Assembly: GCF_001194135.2 (NCBI RefSeq)
Contig: NC_068997.1
Coordinates: 56,122,303 to 56,186,302, forward strand
DNA from: Octopus bimaculoides
Taxonomy: Eukaryota
Direction of reading: 5' to 3'
Length of the DNA stretch: 64,000 bases
Shown here: positions 52,153 through 64,000 of the stretch, in pieces
Layout of the letters: every line of letters begins with the position of its first letter
Numbering within the stretch: the stretch's first letter is position 1
Program-made: the position numbers and the translations under genes
The notes under the pieces: model-generated
Told to the model about the DNA's origin: nothing
The model's input: the letters and a program-made list of their open reading frames with translations, nothing else
Databases searched by the model: none

Positions 52153-52382
52153 TAAAAGGAAAACTATCTTCAAATATTCATATTCATCTATTTTCTGTAA
52201 CATTACCCTTGATGCTGGTCAAAACGTGAATCTGTGGTCAATTTTTGTTGAAATCTCATTTTTGGCCACTGAACACTTTTCTATGTCATCTATTTCCCTT
52301 GAAATATTGCATTATAGTCTTGGCATTTTCAATCTAATCTTGACAATAAATTATTTCAAAACTTGGAACAATGACTGTAGAT
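52153..52382 (+). CDS. Candidate exon, phase 2->1, 76 hydrophobic codons (KRKTIFKYSYSS...YFKTWNNDCR)
   Basis: Acceptor atttactttcaacag, donor GAT|gtgagt; phase follows the 44761 exon. Composition could also be an antisense shadow. Confidence 0.3.
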
Positions 52383-52944
52383 GTGAGTTGAAAATCTCAC
52401 AATAATTATATCAACTCATTGACTGATGGAAAACTTTCATGTTGTTGATGATGATAACATTCCACAACTTCTATCACTTTCTGTCTTGTTTGTCTTTTCG
52501 CTTGGACTGTGAGTGGAGTGACACAAATTCAATTATCTCTCAAACCCATTTCACTTAAACGACTTCTCATATATTAACATGTTCTTTTATTCACTCAATG
52601 GAATCGAAGAACAAAACCCAGTTCTATATCTGTGTCAAATCAAAAACCAGATGCATGCTTTCCGTTTAATGTTTGTGAGCAACAAACATGGTTTATGGTT
52701 TTGTTTAAATCTCAGTCAGTATTGTTGATGACATACATGAAGAATATTCAAATATTATTTCGAATGCAAGCTTGGTCAAATGGCCATGACATTTGCTAAG
52801 CAATTGTGTAGTTCACATTTCTATCTTTTGCTGTAGCCTCTGATGAAATTTAACTGACTTAAACTGAATGGAAACTTGTCTGTTGTGTGTGTCACCACCA
52901 CCACCAGAGACGTGCAACCAAGTGAATCCCCTCCATCAGGCATC

Positions 52945-53268
52945 TACCATACTCTCAATGCCTTGCTTCCCTGGGCATAGATACAATGAAGTTCTGACAT
53001 CTTGCAACTGACTTGGTAAAGACCCACGAAATTATTAACCATGGGGCCAACAACAACCCTGAGCACCTTTTTGATTTCCATGTGTCTAACACATGTGGAC
53101 ATACCTACAAAGTCAGAAAACAGCACAACTCCAATGACTTTCAGAAACATTTTTTCACACTGAGTTACTGAAGCATGGGACAAACTATCTGCATCAGTTG
53201 TTCACTGCCAAGACATTGCATTCTTTAAAACCTCCATGCTTTATGAAATTCGCCAACACTACACCTGA
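52945..53268 (+). mobile_element. Decayed CR1-type LINE 3' end
   Basis: GHTYKVRKQHNSNDFQKHFFTL / VTEAWDKLSASVVHCQDIAFFKTSML matches the CR1 C-terminal GH..K+...FF..RV...WN.LP..VV.....FK motif, with one frameshift. Confidence 0.8.
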
Positions 53269-54184
53269 TATCCACACCTCCATATGCATGCACACACATA
53301 TATATCATGACTCATACACTGTTCGCTTTCCTGACTTTTCTACCTTCGATGAGTTGTTGTGCACCCAAGCTCTGTACACAATAATTTCATTATCATTTAT
53401 TATCATAACCCAAATGCCCATTTAGTTAAATATGTAATATAAAAAAAAAACAGCAACAAGCAAAACCAAGAAACTAATAACTTCTTTGTCAGACATAAAT
53501 GAAAAATAATTTTTCAAGAATATATTCAAAATTAAACCAAAAGTGAAAAGAACATTTTATAAACTTTCTTTTTGCACCTGATATTGTTACAAGAGATTTT
53601 AAGGTAAACTTCTATTGGGAAACAAAATATCAAAAAATATTTAAGCTAATTACTAAAGGTCTTTACATTAACGAGTGGCTGGCTTAACATACAATGTTAT
53701 AAAGTTATTAATTATTGACGGTATTTTTGAATTTATTTTCTCTTTGGTAAAAGTTGGCTGGTGCTGACTATAGATTTTAGCAACATTGCTCATTGATTTC
53801 ACCTATATAATAAGTAATTAACACTTTAATTAACACTTAATGAAGAACATGAAATTAATGAGTTAACATTATCAAGTAATCAGACGGCTTTTAATTTGTA
53901 AAATATGTAACACACGTATATATACATACTTATTGTGTGTGTGTGTGTGTGTGTGTATGTGTGCCTGAAAGAGAAGAAGAAAGAGAGAAAGAAAGACTGT
54001 GAGAGAACATATGTGTCTATATGCGTGTATATCAAGTGTGTGTTTATATATATATACATATCTATACACGTGTGTGTATATAAATATGTATATGCATCTA
54101 TATATGTAGTGTATACATATAATATATTGTATATATAAGTGCATATGTGTATATGTATATATATATATATATACATGCATATAT

Positions 54185-54383
54185 CTATGCGTATGTAAAT
54201 GCACAAATGATGGCCGTCTTTATTTGTTCCGTGTCTTCTATGTTTGTTGCTAGTTTAATGGCTTCAATGACTGAGAGTGGCGCTTGTGTTGAACAAGCAT
54301 TCATCACTAAAAGATTTGAAGTGATGAATGCTATTTGCACCACTCCATACTCATCTCCTTTTCTTTTCGTGGCATAAATCAAT
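54185..54383 (-). CDS. Candidate terminal exon, phase 2: LIYATKRKGDEYGVVQIAFITSNLLVMNACSTQAPLSVIEAIKLATNIEDTEQIKTAIICAFTYA*
   Basis: Acceptor cttgtatatgtttcag; 65 open codons with alpha/beta-like composition; the last codons run into a microsatellite, so it may be a TE fragment. Confidence 0.35.
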
Positions 54384-55728
54384 CTGAAACATATACAAGA
54401 TATTTCACTGCAGTTATCAAACAATCACACACCCACGAGATGAGCAGATAAAATCACATCCATGGGTTCCTCCCTCCTTAGGGCTTATAGAATGTCTGGT
54501 CTAGTTTGGAGCAGTGATAATCTTTGGTTGCCCATGCTGCAGCACAATGCTGTCTTAAGCTGTGGGCACATGGGGCAATTGCCTGGCACCTTCGTGGGTC
54601 AAGGATCCCATTTCTGATCTATGTATTTTGTGGCTTGTCATCAATGAATATATAAAATGGCCTATGACGCTGCTAAGAATAGCTCTGTAGCAACATCCAC
54701 TGTTGGAGTACTGTTGGTGTCAGAGAGTTTTGGCTTTGTCATATGGACGTATGTCTTTGTGAAAGCCTGGAATATAAAAAGCTATATATCTGTCTTAAAG
54801 CAGAAAAATGACAGCCATCAGAACCTTTCACATTAAGAGCAGTATTTTTGCATATCTCCAACCCACAAAACACTAGCTCATTGTCAGCAGCATAAACAAT
54901 AAAATATAGGTTCAGATCTGAAGGGGGCCTACAGAATTATAAATTTATAGACTCAGCTTCTGGCATAACAGAAGATATCAACATTCTAGTTGAATTCTTC
55001 ATTTCCATGGAACTTCTTAGCTTCTCAACCGCACTGAGTTCTGTTAAAAGTAAGAACCAACATCATAGCATGCAATGTGGTGATTTCTCCTGTTGAATGA
55101 CATAATTCTTGAATTCATATGATCACATGATCGACCAGACTGTTGTTAAACATCGCTGGTCACAGTGTGCTTAGCATCATTTTAGCATTAGAATGATACC
55201 ACTCCAGTGGCCTGGCATAAAGCAGGTCAATATTGACCCAGATCAGAAAACTATTGTCATGGGTTTACCTATTTACAGCTCAGTGGACTGGAGCAATGTG
55301 GAATGAAGGGTTTTGCTCAAGGAACAGAATGCACTGTTCACTTTGAGAATTGAACCCACGATCGTTAGATGATGAGTTCAACACCCTAACCACTAGACTA
55401 CATGCCTTCACAATCATTAAATTAATGACTGAGTATTCCATAGATACATATAGCCTTAACAGGATTCTAAGGTGGAATCACCATGCCACTTTGGGACAAG
55501 GCTAGTCCTTTTCAGTTCCAGATAAAGTCTAACAGTTCCCATTTTCCCCAGTTTTACTTGCAAAGATTTGACTGAGACCCACCAGAGCATGCACAGAGAT
55601 TGAACCCAGGACTTCATGGTTTCTGATGATAACTTCTTTGACATTTATCCATGCCTGAGTTTTATGAAAAATACATGGTGAATCTATCTCTATCTATTTA
55701 TACCTATGGATATATACATATCTATTTA

Positions 55729-55760
<32 letters not shown>

Positions 55761-55766
55761 CCTATG

Positions 55767-55866
<100 letters not shown>

Positions 55867-56514
55867 TGTATGTATGTATGCATACATCTATGTATATATT
55901 GAATATAAAATAAGACTGTAGCAAACAGCTAATAAATAATGAAGTGAAATAAGTGGGAAAGCAATAAAATTGAGAAGCAATATTATACTCAGGAAAAACT
56001 TTTTTCAAAAATTAGAGAAAAATTGAAATGTGAACAATATTAAATAAGGGGAATGTATATAAAATATAAAAACATTTGAACATTTGAAATGTAATGAATA
56101 ACATTAAAAATAAATTTTAAAATTTGACAGTTAAAGATAAAAAATAGGAAGTTAGAAAATGAAAAGGAAAATATGGAGTGACTTCTGTTTGTTATAAGTT
56201 TGAGTATTAGGAGAGTGTTAAAGGAATGGGAGGTAATTATAAGAGTAATGAATATAATGGAAATATATTGAGAATAGTAATAGTAATGATGATGATGATG
56301 ATGATGTTGGTGGTGGTGATGATGGTGTTGGTGATGATGATAAGAATAATAATTTCAGCAATAACCATAAATGGGTGTTAATAAAGTCACAAAGGAAACA
56401 ATGATGGAATATGATAATGATAAAGCAACAAAAACAATGATGATAATAATGATGATAATGATGATGATGATGATGATAATAATATAGAATAGAATAATAA
56501 TAATAATAGTAGAA

Positions 56515-56812
56515 ATAGAACAGAATTGCGAAATGGAGAGAGAATGGGAGACCCAGATGATGATGGGTACAAGTACGTTGGGATCCTGGAGCTGGACATT
56601 GTCTTGCATAAAGAAATGAAAGAAAAGGGTCATCCCTGCATATTTCAAGCACCTTAAACTTCTTTTGAAATCAAAACTCAACTCAAGGAACCTTGTGACT
56701 GCCATCAACATATGGGCAGTTGCTGTGGTCAGCTGTAGTTCACCTGTCCTGAAAAGGGCGCGAGCGGAGAATGACCAACTTGATCACCCGAAGACAAATG
56801 TATGCAGACTCT
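56515..56812 (+). mobile_element. R4/Dong-type LINE reverse-transcriptase C-terminal fragment
   Basis: IELRNGERMGDPDDDGYKYVGILELDIVLHKEMKEK / AYFKHLKLLLKSKLNSRNLVTAINIWAVAVV...HPKTNVCRL (YKYLG...AINTWAV...HPK..V.RL motif set). Confidence 0.85.
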
Positions 56813-56829
56813 AGATGAAGAGGGGCGAA

Positions 56830-57295
56830 GGTGGATGTGGGCTGATGAGGACAATGGAAATATGGATGATGATGACAATGACGATGATGAGAATGAGGTA
56901 GAGGAGGAAGGGGATGCTGCAGCTGCTGCTGATGAAGATGATGAGGGTGATGAAGATGCCAGTGATGATGATGATGATCAGGAGAAGAAGGATGACAATA
57001 ATGATACTGATGGTTATGATGATGATGACGACGATGATGATAATGATGATGATGATGAGGATGACGGTGATGATGATTGTGAGGAGAAGGATGACAATAA
57101 CGACACTGATGGTTATGTTGATGATGATGGTGATGATGATGCGGATGGGGAAGAGGAGGAGGTGGATGCTGCTGCTGATGATGATGGTAAAGATGATAAT
57201 GATCATGCTGATGACACTGATGATGATTGTGAGGAGAAGGATGACAATAACGATACTGATGGTTATGTTGATGATGAAGATGATGATGATGGTTA
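56830..57295. repeat. Compound (GAT/GAG)n repeat with three related internal units
   Basis: gaggagaaggatgacaataacga.actgatggttatgttgatgatga at 57081 and 57231 (period 150); a variant near 56980. Confidence 0.9.
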
Positions 57296-57668
57296 TACTT
57301 ACTTCTATTACATATATATTACAATAATCATCTCCTCTCCTCCCTCTCCCCATCTTCCTCCTACTGAACCTTATACCAAAATATAAACTTCTCTAAACTT
57401 TTACCTTTTCATTTTTTTATTTCTTAACTGTCAAATTTAAATTTTATTTGCAATATTATTTGTTACATATTAAATATTAATAATGAACTTATTTGTCTCT
57501 ATATCTATATTTCTTTCTCATTTCAATTTTTTCTTTATTTTTCGCCAAATTCTTTTCTTCTTTTAATATTCTTTCTCGTTTACTTTATCATTTTCTTCAT
57601 TTCTTTGTTTTTGTTATTTATTTATTCATTGCTATATTGTATCATTATATTATTAGTTCCTCATATAC

Positions 57669-57704
<36 letters not shown>

Positions 57705-57814
57705 TATATACAGGCATATATATATGACTACATATAAACGTATATACATATATGTATGTGTATATGTATGTGCAAACATATCTCTCTCTCTCTCTGTATA
57801 CACACACACACACA

Positions 57815-58010
57815 AACAAACTGCAGAATGGCTCCCAATCCAAACAGATGAGTTGCTGGAGCACAATGAGCCAGATCTTGTGGATGAGGTGAAGCAGATC
57901 TGCTCTATAATTTATGTTGCATTCCCCTTTCACTCAAAAATAGTTAACAAGGAAGGAGAAAAGTGGACATATACAACCCTCTTAAATATGAGATAGCTCG
58001 AGTGTGGAAA
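57815..58010 (+). mobile_element. R4/Dong-type restriction-like endonuclease fragment
   Basis: WLPIQTDELLEHNEPDLVDEVKQICSIIYVAFPFHSKIVNKEGEKWT / LKYEIARVWKM (PD...D...KE.EK RLE motif). Confidence 0.8.
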
Positions 58011-59012
58011 ATGAACACACACGTACATACACAAACAACTAAGCCCATGTACACACTGACATACTCACACACACACATACATGTGTTCACCATATTTCCC
58101 TTCCTCCACAGATATAAATGTATGTGTTTTGCTCCATATGAATATATTTAGCAATGGTGGTCTCTGCTTTAGCTTTTGCACTTGCCCCATATGCGATGGT
58201 CTGCACATGCAGAGGCGAGCGTGTATTCTTGTGCTAATAATTCCATTTGAAGTAAATTATCTCCATAAAACATAGATTGGTGAGATTGCTTGAATTTCTG
58301 TCCTACCTCATATAATGTCTACTTAATAGGAATGGCAGAAGCCATTAATGTGATGGACCACAATTAGCAACAGAAAGGCTTTATTTGTTGTAGGTGAACC
58401 ATTTTTGTTCCACAGCATGCAGAAGGCATCGGTGGTGATTATGTATTCTTATTTCATTCATAGATGATGGAAGAATATGAATTTACTCATATTGTTGAAA
58501 CCCGATGCATTGAATCCAAAGCCTGGCAATATAATTGGAAGCAATATCCATGTTTCAATTTGTTTCTTACAGGAATTTCTTTGAAACTGAGACTTTGGTA
58601 ATGGTAGCACTTTTCATGTTGTACGTCTTTTCTGTCGCAGAAACTGATACACATTTTGATTTGGATTTAGCTATTTCTCTCGCTCCATCTCTCCATCTAC
58701 CTATCTATCAAGTTATCTGTTTCTTTCTTTCTTTCTTTCTTTCTAACTGTCAGTCTGTCTGTCTATCTATCTGTCTGTCTGTCTGTGTATCTCTCTATCC
58801 CTCTATGAACACACACTGAAATGAACACCTCAGAACCACCAGAAATATTCCAAATACAAAATATTGATAAAGAACTCAATCAAAAGGACAAAAAAATATC
58901 GATTCATTGAAAGTATTGATATATTTCATATCTCCTACCATAATGCTGATGATGTTGATGATGATGATGATGATGCTGATGACGTTGATGATGATGATGA
59001 TGCTGATGACGT

Positions 59013-59060
<48 letters not shown>

Positions 59061-59114
59061 CAACAATGATGATTGATATATTTTGTATTCTGTAAGAGGC
59101 CTATAATGCCTGCA

Positions 59115-59290
59115 TAGGTGCTGGCATGGCTGTGGGGTTAAGAAGCTTGTTTCCCACCTACATGGGTTCAAGTTCAGTCCCTTTGTACAGTACCTTGGGT
59201 AAGTGTTTTCTGATATAGCCCCAGGTTCAGCAAGGCCTTGTGAGGGAATCTCATAGACAGACACTGAAAGAAGCTCTTTGGATGTATACA
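59115..59290 (+). mobile_element. SINE family C, near full head
   Basis: taggtgctggcatggctgtggggttaagaagcttg...gggttcaagttcagtccc...accttgggtaagtg...aaggccttgtgag...gacactgaaagaagc. Confidence 0.8.
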
Positions 59291-59690
59291 TATGTGTATA
59301 TGTGTGTGTGTGTGTGTGTGTGCATGCATGTGCATGTATGTGTCTGTGTGTGTGAATGTGTGTATTTGTGTGTTTGTGTGAATGGACATGCATGTGTGTA
59401 TGTACGTATATGATTATAGGTATGTGTATGTGCATGTATGTGCTTCTGTGTGTTTCACTCTTTGACGGGCATGAAATCAGAGATCTCTTCCTAAAAAAGT
59501 CGATAACCTTTAGCCATAGGAAGGGCATCTGGCTGTAAAACAATGCCTTGATAGCATATTTGCCTAACACCACATGTTAGCAAGGAAAAATATCTCTAAA
59601 TGTGATGAGCAAGCAAATACATATGTATGTATATATGCACCCATGTGTACATATATATATATATATAGATGTGTGTGTGTATGTGCATTG

Positions 59691-59732
<42 letters not shown>

Positions 59733-60459
59733 ATATTGAGTGAACTGTGCTATAAGTTGAATTTCTTTTTGATTACTTGAGACAGACAGCTGGAGATAAA
59801 GGGACGAGAAGAGGAGATAAAATTCTATGACAGAAAGAAACGGGGAAGGTGAATGAATGCTGGAGAAATTTAATAATAAAAGTGAAGAGGATAAAAATAT
59901 TGCAGGAAGAGAAGCAGCGAGATAATTTCTTGAGGCTGTAAGATCAATTTCTGTAATTGTGTTCAATTGAATTACCCAATTTGTATAACCTCAAAACTGC
60001 ATAATAATGGTCCGACTGAGATTTACAGCACCATCTAAAGTTCAGTGTTTTGGCTGAGATTCCTTGGAGATATAAATATTGTTTAAAGTTGGATCTCACT
60101 TGTTAAAGAATGACAGATCAGAGTTTGAAATGCGTGGAGGAATTCCAGTGAATTATAGATAACAAAGGGTTCCTTTCTTTCTGGAATAATAGCAGAATAT
60201 ATGAAGCATGTAGAAGAAGGATGATGAGGAAAAGGAGTTGAGGAACTTTAACATTTCTAGTGAAATCAGATGAGGATGGTTGACTCTGGGAAAAATGGTG
60301 GCTTAGAAGAATCTTTGAATTGAAGTGGGTTGAGAAGGAAGAAGAATATCAAGGAGACATGATATTATTGTCAACTAAAGAAACAGCTATGGATATGTGC
60401 ATGTGCATGCACATGTGATTGTGTGCACATATGTATAGACCTGTATCTATCTCTTCTTA

Positions 60460-60507
<48 letters not shown>

Positions 60508-60549
60508 GCTGTCCTCTTTAACAATTGTATAATATCCACTGCATTGGAA

Positions 60550-61660
60550 ATCTGCAATGGCTCCGTAACTATCATCTTGGGTATAACCTTGGAGTCCTAG
60601 TTCACATGCTGTTTACACGTAGGAACATTTTCTGAATTCATATTGATAGCTGTGCTGATATTTTCTTAACATGTACCCTTTATTTTTCTTTAATGGCCAA
60701 GGGAAAATAGCCCATTTAAAATGCCTAATTTTTCTTTTCTGCCCACTGGTCATCTGCCCTGTCATAAAGGTGACATGTTGTTTACATGTAGGAACACCTT
60801 CTTAATTTATATTGAGAGATGTGATAATGTTTTCTAACGATGTGTACTTTATGTAATAACCAACCACACAAGCAGAGAGAAATCGCCATTTATCTATCGA
60901 TAACATTGCAATCTGCACTGTATTCATACATTTCATATGCTGTTTACGTGTAGGAACATGTGTTGATGTTTTCATAAGTGTTGTAAATGTATTGATAATC
61001 TACTTGTTATTTTATTTTAAAATCGATATTCAAATTTATTTGTATGTCTACTGTAAAACTAAATGTCAGTCTATTTCTAGATTCATTGTAAATCTATTTC
61101 AACACTAGCGCCCCTGAGGGTAATATTCTCTGGGAATGCACAAAAGCCCTTTTCAGAGTTATTTACTTTGAATTGTTATTACCTCATATCTGATTTGCCT
61201 GTTATTACGTAACATGCTCCACAATTTTAGCATACATACCTTATTAGTATTTCCTCCTAAGTTCTATACACTCTGGGAATACATTAAAGCCATTTTCGCG
61301 GCTACTTTATTTGAATTCTTACCATCGAGTTACTAATTTCAAGTTAATATGTAACTGACTTCACAATTTTAGTATTTATAACTTATTGGGATTTTCTAAA
61401 AACAACATCCTATCTAAGACACTTCAGTTTTCTCTGTAAATGCACAAAATCAGTTTTATGGGCTGCAAACTCTGTATTGTATTGGATTAGTGGGAATTAC
61501 CAGGTACGTCAGCTAGTTACCTAAAAACTTTTGGCTACGATTGTTGGTCCCTTTATCTGCAATGTTTTAGCCGCAGTTCTTACCTACAAATTTTAGCTAC
61601 AATCCTTTCACTACAAGTCTTAGCTACGATGTAGATTAGTCCTACAAATTTAAGCTACAT
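60550..61660. repeat. Three adjacent degenerate minisatellite domains (~165 bp x3, 143 bp x2, ~30-40 bp x4)
   Basis: Cores catgctgtttacacgtaggaaca (60605, 60774, 60936), ctctgggaat (61128, 61271) and cctacaaattttagctac variants (61514-61660). Confidence 0.75.
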
Positions 61661-62914
61661 GTCTAAAATCTTTAATTTCTTTAAAGGTTTATTGTCTAAA
61701 ATAGATTTTGATGAAGAAAATATGAAAAAAGGAAGAAATATATTTTTAATCAATTCACTTTTGACTTTTGAAATCAAGCACTCAAGATGTTATAAAGTTT
61801 TTCCCTTTCTCATTTCAAAACCATTAATATTTAGACTAAGCATAATTCATCTCCACTTAACTATTTATACACAAACAAATAAAGATACATGTTTGTATGT
61901 ACTTGTAATACATGTACACACACACACACACACAATTACACAAACCTTTTGGAAAGAAGTTTTCATATTGTGTGTAAGGGCTTTCACTGTCCAACTTATA
62001 GGAATATATATGTCTCTGTATATATACAATGGAACCTGGTTTTTGAATGTAATTCATACTTGAAGGCCATTCATCACCTGAAATGTCTGTAAACTGAAAC
62101 TATTTTCCCCATTGGAGATTCAGGAAAATGCACAGTTAATTCAAGAAGGGACGTGCACTGAACACAAGCTAGACAGCAACTGATGCCCTCCTCCCACTGA
62201 TTCTCCCAGTTTGTCACCGACTGTTCATTACTCAAGACAATGTTTGTCATTCAAGGCATTTTGTTTGGAAAATTGTTTGTAAACTGATTTGTTCATGATG
62301 AGAGGTATTGTGTGTGTGTCTGTAATGTGTGCATGAGTAGATGATGGTGTGGGTGCTGGGAAGTGGTCAGTGCTAGTGTGTGCGGAGTGGTGTGATGTGG
62401 TGGTGTATGGTGTGGTGTGGCGGTGTGGGGTGTGGGAATGTGAGGGTGGTATGTGGGTTTGGGGTAAGGATGTGGGGGTGGGGTGAAGATACATGTATAT
62501 ACATTTATATGTATATATATATATGTAGATATACATGTATAGGTGTGTGTGTGTGCATACTTATATATACACCCATTATACCTCTATTATAACCTCAATA
62601 ATCCATTGCCATCTAACATTGAACAGTTATTGCCAAAGTCCGTGTGTAGATAACAAATAGTAAATTTGTCTGTAAAAGAACAATATTTGCTTTAATTGTG
62701 GTTAGAATGCAATGCTGGGATTCGTTTAAATCAATTCTATCCATTTTGGAAAATATCGAAATTGCTTTTCTTAGCAAATGATATACTTCGGTATTTCACT
62801 GTCATAAGTTATTGTTTCCTGTAAGAATATGTTGAAATGGGTGATAAATATATCGCTATCAATGGAGATAGAAATGGCAGTGTAAGGTTATGAAAAGATG
62901 GCATTTTATTGATG

Positions 62915-63018
62915 AGAAAACGATGATAATAGAAATATCATTGCAGGTAAGCTAATAGAGGTTTGGAAGTGAGTAGTAGCCAAGATGAATGTCTGCCTTT
63001 CTCTGGCATCTACTGATA

Positions 63019-63067
<49 letters not shown>

Positions 63068-63260
63068 GAAAGGAGACTCTATTCAGTCACTTGACCCACA
63101 AGAAAATGCTGATAATAGAAATATTATTGCAAGTAGGCTAATAGAGATTTGGTACTGACCATTGGCTAAATATGTTGGTGTGATTGATAGTGTTAGCCTT
63201 AATGGAGGTCCTCATTTCTTTGTCACTTACTGATGCTACACATGTATACAATCATGCACA
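62915..63260. repeat. 186-bp tandem duplication
   Basis: agaaaa.g.tgataatagaaatat.attgca.gta.gctaatagag.tttgg at 62915 and 63101. Confidence 0.8.
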
Positions 63261-63654
63261 CATGCATGCACATTAATGATAGAATTCTCTCTACAATCAC
63301 TTCATTTGTTAGAAAACAATGACAACAGAAATGTTGTGGAAGCAACAGTTTTCCCCAACTTAAGAGGCGGCCTTCTTCATGGCAAATTATTAACTAGCAT
63401 AAAATTCTATTGAACGTATTGTGTCGGCACTAATATAGAATAATATATTATTATCCTCATTTTATGTCTGTGCTTGGCATAAGTTGGGTTTTCCGGTTTG
63501 ACACAATCGCAAGAGCTGAAGAATCATGGCTCACTCTAATGTCTCAGTGGTGGCCTAGTTTCTACAGCAGGATGCCCTTCCAACACTAACCATTTTACAG
63601 AATGCCATGGGTGCTTTTGTTTTTCATGGCACCAACATGAGTGTAGTTATCTGA

Positions 63655-64000
63655 TGATTTGTAAGTCTAAAGAATTCTGTACAGCCTTGTAGTTATTGTA
63701 TCTCTTCCAAAAGCCATGCAGTGTGATGGATTCATGAAGATCAGTTGCAGTTATTGCTTGCCACAGCGTATGCTTCATATAGTAACGCTTGAAGATAGCA
63801 ATTATTCCTTGATTCTTTGGCTGCAGAAGAGATGTGGTGTTTGGAGGGTGGTGTAAGACAGTAACGTTGGGCTCAAAATCTACAATGCTTTGGGGTGGCC
63901 AGGAGCATTATCTAAGATAAGTAAAACCTGAATAGGAATTCCCTACTCCTTACAGTAGTTTTCTGCAGCTAGGATAAAAGGATTAAAGAACCAATCTTCA
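63655..64000 (-). mobile_element. Decayed Tigger/pogo (DDE_1) transposase fragment, runs off the window end
   Basis: EDWFFNPFILAAENYCKE*GIPIQVLLILDNAPGHP / HPPNTTSLLQPKNQGIIAIFKRYYMKHTL (LDNAPGHP, PPNTTS.LQP.DQG motifs). Confidence 0.9.

Noticed and set aside
52944-53183. Minus-strand 79-aa ORF
   Set aside because: Antisense of the CR1 3' fragment.
53815-53845. Tandem taattaacactt as a homeodomain site cluster
   Set aside because: Expected by chance in AT-rich DNA without conservation data.
56802-57386. 194-aa Asp-rich ORF as a gene (and the overlapping Met-rich and Ile-rich frames)
   Set aside because: All are (GAT)n reading frames beginning inside a LINE remnant.
59850-60360. Possible ancient CR1/L2 RT remnant on the minus strand
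   Set aside because: Too degraded for me to recover diagnostic motifs reliably by eye.

Overview
Eukaryotic, AT-rich, intron/intergenic-dominated DNA. It contains dozens of (TA)n/(CA)n/(GA)n/(GAT)n/(TATC)n microsatellites and five N-gaps. The SINE and retroposon families resemble those of coleoid cephalopods, most likely Octopus; this is inferred from remembered repeat consensus motifs and was not database-checked. There is no prokaryotic organisation, CRISPR array, rRNA or intact tRNA, and almost every ORF in the track is a microsatellite or antisense artefact. Supportable features: (i) many copies of about four SINE/retroposon families; (ii) decayed RTE, CR1 and R4/Dong-type LINE fragments; (iii) decayed mariner, maT-like and Tigger/pogo transposase fragments; (iv) a Penelope-like terminal repeat with a hammerhead-ribozyme core, joined to a tRNA-like head in an inverted-repeat arrangement (45752-46083); (v) a phase-consistent 4-exon plus-strand gene model (15627-19937, 147 aa, no recognised family) lying head-to-head with candidate exons of a minus-strand gene (689-15055); (vi) scattered exon candidates on both strands between about 25.9 and 54.4 kb that I could not assemble. 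All gene calls are manual splice-signal predictions and need RNA-seq.
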